From positions 600,959 through 664,958 of the forward strand of contig NMRA01000161.1 in the NCBI GenBank assembly GCA_002633005.1: a stretch of 64,000 nucleotides of DNA, in the 5' to 3' direction. The notes below the pieces were generated by a model. That model was not told where the DNA came from, searched no databases, and saw only the letters and a list, made by a program, of their open reading frames with translations. Shown here piece by piece: positions 27,501 through 39,500 of the stretch (its first letter is position 1; each line of letters begins with the position of its first letter). Made by a program: the position numbers and the translations under genes. The DNA is from Phoronis australis (Eukaryota > Animalia > Phoronida).

Positions 27501-30500
27501 CCCCGAGGTCGTCCTGAAGCCGCCGGTTCTCACGCAAAGCCACCTCGCGGCCCCGCTGAGATTCTAAGAACTCCTCTTGTGCTTTCTCCAACTGACGTCG
27601 AAGGCTCACCAACTCACGGTCTTTGATTCGGTTCATCTCCCCTGAGTGCCTTATAACAGAAACAATACAATGTTAGGTAGTAACAACTTCGCTCAAGATT
27701 CATCTTCAAGACCTTTTTAAAGCAAAGTTAGGATATAAAGGAGACTAATCTGATGTAGTTTTCTAATATTTTAGATTTTCTAGAAATAATCAGGCTTGGA
27801 ATGACCAATGACGAAAAATGCGGAAAGTTTTACGGTTTTACGGCACAAAAGATGCGCGCTACCCGGCCCTCGAAATAGCCGATGTGGACCACGCTACCGC
27901 CTCCACAACCGTGCGTCTGCGTCTTTTCAGCTCGCCCGTCCACTCCCACCTCCACACATTTTTGGCTGCAGAGTCGTAGTTTTTGTCACCGCCGCTTTAC
28001 AATAACACGAGACGCTATTGAAAAATCCACCACGCTCTCCCAGATGCCCCGGCAATGTTGACAATTTACGTTCTTCCGAAACATAAAGAGCAACTTCCGC
28101 TTTTCGAGGTGAAAGTCGTCGGCAACGCAGCGGTAAGAAAGGAATTTGCCGCAGAAATTTTATATCAAATCTGTTTTTTTTACGCGGAAATATAATAAAA
28201 TACGCTGACACAACACTTGAAAAAAGCGGAAATCCGCATTTTCGCGGAAAATTCCAAGCCTTGAACAATCAAATTTTTATTTGAAAAGACTGATGCACCA
28301 TGCACCAAGACGTAAGTACACAGTCATAGTACATCACAGCCTGAAAAAATGTTAAGGGAACACTTCCTACCAGAAACTATTGTCAGGGCAAAAATACCAT
28401 CACAGCACCTCATCAGTTCCTGTACATCATACAGCTGACAAAGTAAAATAAAACAAAAACAAATTTAAACTTAATGAATGCAAATAAAATTCACTCACTC
28501 CAGTTGCCCTTCGGCCTCACCGATTTGAATCTTTAGTTCATCTATCAGCTTATCCTGCAACATGAAAAGTAGCACCAGTAATGCAACTGAGCACTGATTA
28601 CAAGAGTTACCTCTCCGCCCCTTTATCATCATAGCGTAGCCTCACAGTTATAATACTCAGCCCAACTACAGACAGCTTACTAGACACAACATGTCTGTGA
28701 CCTGGGGCCCAAATCTAATCTCTGTAATCAAAATCGAACTCTACAATACTTTTGGCCTTTTCTGTTCCACTTCTGCATGAATGCAAGATAAGTGTTCATT
28801 AGTCTGTACTCGAGTAAGTTAAGATTTACGGATACAAGTTTCTAGCCCACGCACATACTAGATGTCCCCTAGTTTCGAGCTACTAACTCGAGAAAAAACA
28901 CAAAATTTGGAGTTCACACTCTTTATTTTAGCCGCCTAAATTCTGGGATAATCTAGTGCAAACTAGGATTACAAAGTTATCCATGTAAGTCATTAAGTAC
29001 GTGAGCATAGAATGGACACTCGCCTTGAGTTTGCACAAAAGTAGAATAAAATCAACAAATCCAACACAACCGTTCCCCCGCCAATGCCCCTTACCCTGGC
29101 CACCAAATCCTCATCAGCGATCACGATCCGCTCTGTCTTTTCATCCACTGCAGCCTGCAGGGCGTCTTTCTCCCGATCCAGCGCACTGACCGTCGAACGC
29201 AGCTGTGAAATCTCATCGCGCAATTGCTGACTCTCCATTTGCAACTCCTCTATGCGTGCCTGTAGCCGTTGGCAACGCTCATCTGTCGACAAGCAGTCAG
29301 CTTCCTTCCTCATCAGCCTCTGTTGTGTATCAGCTAAAGCCTTCTCAGCTTGTTCTGCCAATAATCTGGATGGAAAGTCACAAAGATTGTTGACCACAAA
29401 CACTACAGTGGTGTTTGTCTTAACAGCATTTGATTTTAAGAAGGCTCTACACCAACTTCAAAGTTTAAGAAAATCAGAATCGTGCAAGAATTAATCGATA
29501 CACTTCAGATATGTTTAAGGTCCAACTATGTTTAAGTGTATATCAATTCCTACACAAAATATTTCAGATGTTATTTACACAAAATGACCTCCGCATTAAG
29601 ACTGGACTCTTGAGCACTACTACCAACCTCATCTGAGTAGCCGTCGCTCTCTGTTGAGCACATTCGTCTCGTAGGTCATTATTCTGCGATGCCTGCTCCT
29701 TAAGCTGAATATCTAGGTCACTGTTGGCATCTTTCAGCGCCGTCACACGCGACACTAACTCCTCATTGTCACCTGCCACCTAGCCACATAAAGACATGAC
29801 TTGTTTTACTATGTCTTCATGGTCTGATTTTTCTGTTTTGTAAAATTCAACAAATTCTTTCTTTATTTCAACATAAGAGCATAGAAATTTTCTTTCCACT
29901 GCGTTTATAGGCACAGCTCCATTTCACCGATGACTCACTGCATGCTTTGTGTTAATTGTTTCTTAATACCCAAAAACGAACAGTGCCAACAACTGGTCTC
30001 GAACAAGTTCGCAGCAAACTGATTGGCGATCAAAATGTGGCCAAAATTGGTCTCGGGCAATGAATTTGATGGATCATATTCTGAATTTTTGGTAATTAAG
30101 AACTAAAAACACAAGAATTATTGTATATTCAACTGAAATGTGTGAATTCTGCTCAAAAACTTTCCGTGAATTCAAAGCAGTCTGATTTTGTGAATACCGT
30201 TTCTCTAATTGTCTCTGGATTTTTGCCCATTCCTTCTGTTACTGTGTACAAATGTAAGAGAAGACGGGATGCTCATGTACCATCTATCATAAACTACGTT
30301 AATGATCAATAATCAAAACAGATTTAGACTTACACACATCACACCATCTTCGTCAAAGTAATGTCAAAAAACCTGAAAATCAACACACGCTGCAAAACTG
30401 ATGCATTCCATAAAGAGTACAACTTGAGTGTAGAACAACATACCTGTTTAGTATTCATTTCAAGATCTTCTATCCTTTGCTCTAGCCGAGCCCTGTCGGA

Positions 30501-33500
30501 TATTTGTGTTTCTGTTGCTATCTGCAACCAAGACAACGATCAACAATGAAACAAAGTCAAGCCCTGTCTACCCAATTGCCGTACACAGCCATCATATACA
30601 ACTAACCGGAATGTACAGGTGCTCCAACACAAATTTTTCAAGCTCAAGTCCTATACGAGTTGTTATTTGATAGCAACGTTTGATTTCACTCCAGTTTTTG
30701 TTCTTCAAGCCAGAAACACACTGCAATTGCCGCCTACAACTTCCTACGTGGCAACTGGAAGGTGTAGACAGAGTTTTACACATGTCTGGTGAAGATAAGG
30801 TTTTTAACAAAAAAAATGCATATGATTCTCATTTTTTAGTGTTTCACTTTGTAAAATCGAATCGCTGATAATTGATTTTTCCTTATTGAAAAATAACATC
30901 TCAATCTTGCTACGCTAACCTTGAGCCGCTCTCGGAGCGTGTCACGCTCCGTTGTCATTCTCCGCAGGTCAGCAATGGCGTCGTCCCGTTCATTCTCCAC
31001 ACGTCTAAGTACTGCCTGCGCAGCTAGCGAGACCTTGGGGGACTTTGGAGAACGCAGCACCTGGTGGCGAGTTCGCTGCAACTCGTCTTTAGTCTAAGTT
31101 TTAGGAAACCAGACAAAGATTACGCATTTGTTAGTTTTAACAATCAAAGCTACCATAAACCCGCATAAACAAACTTTTTGATTTATAAAACAACTCAGAT
31201 CATTTCTTACTCCAGCTGTCTCAGGGAAGAAGCAATTTCTGGCCTTGGAAAGAGCTGATAGTTTGTTATTCGGAAACCCTGAGACAGGGGGGTGGGCGAT
31301 CGCCAAAGTAGTACAGTGGGCGCTTCAACCGAAGATTAGCAAAATGTCAGGGATGGGCAATTATCCGGGCAGGGGTGTTAACCCGCAAGTTTACGGTACT
31401 TCCAACTATGCTGGGTGCATTAATAATTAAATGCGAAATGACAAGCCAACTTATTGAGATTGATTCAAGCAATAACAAACCGTCACTTTTTCCATAGTTA
31501 TGAAATCATCTGTAATTTGAGCAAGGAACAACTCAAGATGGGTTTTATAATGACACTGTGATCTAAATAAAAATGTAATAAAAATGTACGGGGGTTTAAA
31601 AAAGCGTGACTCAGTATTTTAACCAAGCAACCAGCCAATGACAAATCCGAAAATTGGAACTTATTCATTTTTTTCCAATTTTTGTGCAAAATTGATCAGA
31701 GATTACCATATCAAGAAATAAAGGACATTGCGATCAACTCAAAATGTGACAATTGGAGGCCACTAGTCAGACAAAAAGCAAAAACTGTCATACATAAAAA
31801 CAATCATCGGTGCACTATTATGTAATTTTCACATTATACTATGAAGACACGTTGCAAAAACTGACTTCTGCGGTCAGATTCACTGCAAAGAGCAACAGAT
31901 AGAGGGAATTTTCACGCACACAAGGTTTTGAAATTTGGAACGACAAGACCTCAGAAAAAAGCTTTTCGCACCTGCAACAGCTGGAAGACAAAACAAGCAC
32001 AATCGAGAAAAAGAAGACTACAGAAGCTATATTTGGTAAGCACTACATAGCAACCGAGTAAAGCAAGCTCTAGTGAATGCATAACGATTAAAATCCTAAC
32101 GAAGCAACAATGTAAGCACTAAAAGCCAGGGAAGCAAAAGGATGTTCCGCTGCGATAACAAAACGAGCACTACAAGCGAGGGTGGAAGCGTTTAGCTATC
32201 ATCTAGAAGCCAAGTAACAACTAATTCAGGCTGGAACATTCGGAGCAAAGGGGACAAAGCAGAACGCGATGCAATTTGGGGGAAAGTGACACTGGTCTTA
32301 AGCTAAGACGAACGTAATCAAGAAATCAAAAAAGAAACCATTGCTAGCCAATGGGGAACTCACATCTTCGTACAGCAGGTTCAGTTTGTCTCGCTCAGAC
32401 GTGAGAACCTTCACGTTAGTCTGTATCTAAGAAGAGAATGAAAATGTTACGCAATCTGGAAATAGTCCTGATTAGCAGATGAGTGTTAAATGTCATTAGT
32501 GAATAAACCTCAACCAAACCTGAAAACTACCTTACGGGACAAAATCGAAATTATTAACAGTGAAATGAGGCCAGACAGTAAAATATAATGTTAAAACTAC
32601 GGAGAGTAAAATGGTGGCTTAATATTACTATAGTGATGACTAAATTGTAACAAGGTTTGGCTCTAATAAATTAATGCAGCTAAGTAACTCACTTAGCTAG
32701 ACATCTCTGTAAGTTCTCGTCAAATAAATGAAATCATTGCATGCAGCGAATGTGAAAACGCTAATTAATAACAAAATAGAATGCAGATTGTGGCAACGGT
32801 TGAAGTGTGCACGTAAGAATTGTGATTGTACAGACGGTGACTATAAGAAGAAAACAATGAATCATCATCAACGCTTTGACACCTAGCTGGATGTTAGGCA
32901 GTGAAACTCACGTGATTAATCATCTTAGCCGCCACATGACCGCAAATGAGTTATTGCATTAGAAAGCTGCACAGGTTATTGAAAATCTATACTGACATTA
33001 ATTTGTTGTTAGCAAAATGAAAAGTACGGTACATGTTAACCTGAAAATTAACAATTGCAACATTCTATGAGAATGACAAAACTGAGCTTCTTGTAATTTT
33101 CCATGACAAACATCGGATTTAAGTAACCGTCTTTATTAGGGCCATGCTGGATTACACAGCGGTAGAACTCTCCTTTGTCACGGAGTTAAGAAAGCGTGTG
33201 ACCTCGTTTTGTAAATCAGTCATATTTCCGTGTCTCTCACTGATGTCAGGAAGGCGAAAAATTTCAAATCACACATTCATGGGTATTTGTCCAGTTTATC
33301 AAACTTTCTCACGTCAGAGTTCTAGCCCACAACACAGTAGTAATACTTTGTTGGCATTGGAAGGACGAATAGAGTAATGAAACTGAGAAAAACAAATAAC
33401 ATGCCAACTTCAATGGAACGAAAACGAGGCAGCAAATGTGCCTGACGACATTGTGGGTAAATACCGTGTAGTCGCTGTGTAACCCAGGATGGCCCTATTC

Positions 33501-36500
33501 TGGAGTTTTAGCACTGAGAACACTGTATCCCAAATCCCGATGCCATGGAGTAGTACAGCATTAAAGTGACAAATTCATTCTTACACATAGTGCAAAAAAC
33601 CGAAAGAGTAAGTGGCCAATAATTCCAGTAGTTTTTATTATCACTTTATAATCTGGCACCCGTTTCATTAGTACTCAGACATGTCTTCAGGAGGCGCACA
33701 TTGCCACTGCACCATGGACACCTACCTCAGCCATGTGTCGTTCAAACTTGTCCAACATCGTCTGAAGTTCGTCACGCTCACGAATCACCCTCATCAGCTC
33801 CGTCTCGTCGTTGGTACTCTGAAAAAACACACAAGACTCAAATCAGGACAATTGAAGATTGCCTACTAATTACATTGACAAAACACTACATTATGGGTAG
33901 GTGACATAGACCCATGAAGGACACGTCGTCTTTCCAGTTGCTCTTTGTAAACCTGAATTGAATAACTGATCAAGCACAATGTATGCGGCCATGTCAAGGA
34001 TTTTGAGAAACATCTGAACTTGTCACAAGCCAATTTCACCAGAACTCAGTGCAGTTTTAGAATGCACACTTGCTCGTTTTCTTGCTCTGGGCTTGGTAAA
34101 CATCCACATCAGTTGAGTTATTCCTAGGAAACCAGATTGGATCACGATAGCACGCGTACTTAATAAGAAATAATATTTAGACAGGAGCATCATAATGGAA
34201 CGTGTGAAATTCTACGGTAATTATAACCTAAGTTAATGACCATTAATAAGTTAGTGATGCAGAATTGAAAAATGAAATTGTTTATCTTCCATTAAATATT
34301 AATCAAATATTTGACAAATTTTTCATCTAGAAGAGTTCAGAAAGGTTCATAAATATGAATGAAATACAGCAGACTGCTACGATCCCCCTCGTCGTAGGCA
34401 AAGCAACTACCAGGCCGTAGGCACGGGAGAAATGAGCCATCATCGTTTATCAACGGCAGTAGAAATCAGGTGGCGCTGGTTTTCAACATGGCGTGACGCA
34501 CCTAGAGTATTTAATTTATGGTAATCCCATGTCACAGTCACCCCTCCCCCTCCACAACAAACACGCAAACAAAGTCCAAGGTGGCGGTGACCTGGCAGGA
34601 ATGAATGGTCCACAACTGCGAGGGGAAGCCAGCATCTCACACTTTCTGCAATATTTGTCCCCCCAATTCAAACTTACCCTATCCCTGGTGGGCGGTGACC
34701 TAGTGGGACTGGATGGTCTACTGCTGCGTAGAGAGCGCAGGATCTCGTACTCCCTCTTGTAGTGGTCTCTCTCCTCCTCCAACACACGGATGATTGTCTC
34801 AAAGTGAGCATCAGTCTGCAACAAGTAGTAAGAATGCAAAATAACAAGAAATGTTAACTTGTCTCCCCTTTGGCAGATATCTACTTGAATGCCATCGCAA
34901 AGAATGCCTTGTGACCCTGACCTAGGTCCTGTGAAGCTCAAAATATTACTTTTGTCTGCCTTGCTACCGCATCTCAGGAGATAAAATAGACTTAAGTTGC
35001 TATAAGTTACAAATTAAAATTGATGTACTTTGAAAGCATGGACTTCTTTGTGTCTTTCTGATGTCAACCCACACATTTTACCAAAAGATCATTCTGAGGA
35101 GACCTTGGACGAATGAAGTACTCAACCAAACTTGAACTCACGACATGAAACACGTGAAAATCTACATAATGTTTGCCACATGAGTAAAGAATGTGCTTTT
35201 GACATCCTTGACAATCTTGTCTTACCCTTTCTTTCTTGCTCGGCATTAACACTGGACTACTGATTGAGCGAGTGGGGCTGCGAATCCGTGTGGGGCTGCG
35301 GCCCCGTGAGGGGCTCAGTGAGCGTGAGGGGCCATTCTGCAGCATGCGCTGCAGTGTCTCAACCTCGCCCTTCCAGTAGTCGCGCTCTTCCTCCACCCCC
35401 TTCAGGAAGGCCCCAAGGCGGTTAGGTGACTTCCCTCGAGTCTTGCGCGCTGGTGCCTTCTTCTGCTTCAGTCTCTCTATCTCCATGACAAGCTCGCGTT
35501 CTGTTAAAACAGGAAGCAAATGGGGGCGTGACATTTTAACCGAGAGGTGAAACCTGACATCGCCCTCGAAAAAGAAATAGAATGGGTATTGATCATTTAA
35601 TGGATGACAAAAACAGATATCAGTCCTTAAAGCAGGGCTTGGAATGACCAATGACAAAAAACGCGGAAACTTTTACGGCCCAAATCTTGCCCGATAACCA
35701 GCCTTGAAATGGTCAGTGTGAACCTTTCCCCGACAAAAATCGGGAGGACTAAAAAAAAAAAAATAGGTTACCACCATCTGTAGCATACATCTGCGTCCTT
35801 TCAGCTCGCCCGTCCACTCCCAATCCTCCCAATCCACACATTTTGGCTGCAGAGTGGTAGTATTTCTCGCCGCGCTTAACAATAACACGAGACGCCATTG
35901 AAAATCTCCCACCACGCTGTCCCAGATGCCCCGGCAATGTTGACAATTTACGTTCCTCCGAAACATAAAGAGCAACTTCCGCTTTTCGAGGTGAACGTCG
36001 TCTGCAACGCCGCGGTAAGAAAGGAATTTGCCACGGAAATTTTATATCAAATCCGATTTTTTTACGCAGAAATATTATAACAAAAGCGGAAAGCACATTT
36101 GAAAAAAGCGGAAATCTGCATTTCCGCGGAAAATTCCAAGCCCTGCTAAAGACAAGAAGCAAAGAGGTAGTGACAGACATTGCCTTCTCTCACCAGCAGG
36201 TGACTGCACATGTTTTATAATACTTTATTATGAAGGATAATATTAACATAAACTACTGTGGAATAATTTTGAAAAACTAAAAAATGACTGGCCATTTGTT
36301 GTCTGCACTGGTGGGATGATTTCCCAAAATCCATTGTGCATTGAACGTCTCGCTCAATCCATAAAAATGTTAATGCAAATAGCACTAACGCGTTGTTGAC
36401 CACCTTGTGACACTCAATGTGAGTAGTAAAAACTCCTTATTGATGTAAACAGAAGTAAACTCAGAACTTGACCGAGTCACACAAACAGCAGCTTGATCTC

Positions 36501-39500
36501 TTGAAGATACTTTATGAACGGAAATTTTCAAAAAAAATCATTTTACAAAACTGAAATACTTTGTCAGAGCACGAATGAAAATGCACAGCTATTGGAAATG
36601 AGAGGCGTCCGAAAATGGCATTAAAAATGGATAGCAGTATTAACATTCGAAAAGCATGACAGCAAGTCAACAATACCAGACTTCAAATGAATAATTTACA
36701 ATAAATACAATAACAAAATCACTTAAACACAATAATTATAATTATCAAATACGTGGCCGGACAACTCACCATTCGCTGTCAGCTTTGTAACCCGACTGCT
36801 CAGTCGTCGCTTATCTTCCTGTATTCTATCCACCAGTTCCTGTAGTCTCTGGTAATCCGCCTCTCTGGCATTCAGCCGCGATTTCAATGAAATGTTGTCG
36901 TCCATCAGCCTAGCACGGTCCTGTAAAGAGAATGTAGCCTCAAGTTAGGAGACAGATCTGGGGAGACTCACCATTCCATGACATCCTCTCGGTTGAAAGA
37001 ACTTGGACCGGTGTAGTGCTATGTAAGCCAAGTCAATATCGTAAACCTCAAACTGGTCAGAGTAAATCAAGACAGCGGCAGTGTATCTTTCCGCTGAAGC
37101 TATCAGTCTATTCTTCTACCACATTATTAGGAAACAACAGGTTCCACCTCAAAACATGAAACAAAATCAATGGTTTTCAAAGATGGCTCTGCATGGTGCT
37201 TGAACAACTGAAATTCTTTTCACTGACAATGACAGTGCCGGATACGAATGAGTTTTGCAATGTAGCAAAGTGTTTGAGTGGATGTAGCATATTAACAGCA
37301 GATCGAAAATAAACAACCCGGCAAACAAAGCAATCTAAACGTTAACAGTTACAACGATTAAAAAGAAAAAAATAGTGCAGGTGGTCGCATCGGCGTGAGC
37401 AGACCACTCAGCCAGGCACAATGCACCAGACACCTGAAACCATTATTAAATGTACACAAATAACACATCAAATTAAGAGTGAGCTGAGGGGCTAGTGACA
37501 TGACTTAATGATCTAGCAGTGGCATCTAGTGGGATTTTAACAAACGACTTTGAGAACAGGAGGCAGACACTCAACCCACTAGGTCACACTGCCTCCAACA
37601 TTTGCCCAGAACATTAAACTTGAGAAACCACAATATACAGAGTGTTCAAACGAATGTAATGCTAGTCAGACGAGCATTGCAAAAACATGAGGATACATGT
37701 GAACTACAATCAGTAGAACTAAAAGGCATATTCTATGAACTCACCCCTTTCATTTGAACATTTTCAAGGTCAAGACCTTCAAGTTCACCCCGTGACCTCT
37801 CCAATTCAAACTGTAATTGAAAACACACTGACTGTCATTATGAAGATCATATATTATTTTCACAAGGCTATATTCTCAAACAAAGCAGTTTTCAGACATA
37901 AAAGCAGCCGTATAAACTGAAACATTTAAAAATTAGAACTATAATCTGGATGTTAAAATTAGTTTCACATTTCATGTGTTATTAAGACCTTGATGATAAA
38001 GCAATTAATATTGAAAGAGCTGTCAAGTTTCACACATAAAAGGAAAACATAACACACTTCAGAACAGACTTTAATGTTTTTCTAAAGTTTCCAGATCACA
38101 CAAATTACAATCACAATGAAGTGCCCAAGAGAATATTTACATTTCTATCAAAAAGAATTAAAATAGATCAGAATGAACTGAACATGTCATTGATTTTCTC
38201 AAATGTAAAAAAAAAAAAAATCCATCACATTGATTTTCTCAAATGTAAAAAAAAATAAATCCATCACAGAGTTCGGGTTATCATAATGGATGCATACGAT
38301 ACCGTAATTCTTCACAGTGGAGCAGTTAAAAACCAAAATTGTTCACTTTTATATAAATCCTTGAAAACTGGTGTACAGTTCAAAGCTGTTGTGCTTATCC
38401 GAGTAAGGCAAGGTACCCATCGCTGTCACCATGGTAACTATCCCAATGGGTGAATAGAATATTACAGTTATTCCTCACCTAAGTCACACTTTTTCAATCT
38501 TTCAAGGCCAACTAATAACCAAATTTTCTCAGTCTCTTGCCTTGTTGTAGTGGTACAGTATTAACTATGCTAACAAGGCAAAACTGACCAACTGTTTAAT
38601 CATTATTCTGATCCTTGACCAATCTAATGTCACCATTTGTAACAGTTAGAAGCCATAAATCATGCTACTAATGAACAAGACTTTCCTAATGATCATTTGT
38701 CTTGGGTTCCCTGTCAAAATAAAATCCCATGTTCCACCATATCATGTGCTAAATACCATAACTGCTTGGGTTTTTCAATTGAGGGATTCAAAGATCAGGC
38801 AGCGGCAGTTAAGTCGAGCGAAACAGAACACACGCATCTAGAAAGTGATAATACAGAAAATCAAGGGGCAGACGTCAACCGGAAAACATAAACTAGACGA
38901 AAAAAGTGTAAAGTTTCCTCAAACTCGAACAAAAATAATTGCCAAAACCGTCATTTTTAAATGCTCACTGTATTGCCAAAATTGTTCAAAACATCATCAT
39001 CTGTTTGTTGATGACAGCAATACCAACATAAAGCTTTCAAATACTTCAGTAAAACTGCCTTCTTTCTTACTCTAGTTGAAAAGATTTTTACAGATCCGCC
39101 ACTCCTAATTAAAAGAAACTTTACCATAGTGTCCTGAACCCACAATTTTAAGCAATCACGTACCCGTGTCTCGTTGAGCTCACGGTCGGCCTGTCTCTTG
39201 ACACTCTCCTTCTCAAACTGCAGGTCACGTGCTTCTCGGTCGACATCCTTTAACTCCTCCTCTAGCTCAGTTTTCTGAAAGTCGAGCTCTCGCGACACAC
39301 GCTTCGCGGACGTCTCCTCGGCCAACGACTGGGACAGCTGGCGCTCCAACTCCCTGTTTCTCTGCTGGAGATAGTCCACCTAGGAAGAGGTAAAGGAGAC
39401 AGCTAGAGTTGTGTTCACAACCAGTACTGGGCACTGGTTGACCTATGTTAAAAGGGCATTTCCCCTAATTTAGAGCCTAAAACGGTCCAAATATCATGAA

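Noticed and set aside
26796-36180. Similar ORFs containing NVNCQHCRGIWD and related peptides in three places
   Set aside because: They are incidental frames in three MITE copies and are not conserved in frame between copies.
36960-36990. ATG plus GTGAGT donor just upstream of exon 7
   Set aside because: The implied intron would be only ~50 nt and the phase does not match exon 7.
37520-37596. tRNA gene
   Set aside because: A/B-box-like motifs only, no cloverleaf. Treated as a SINE head.
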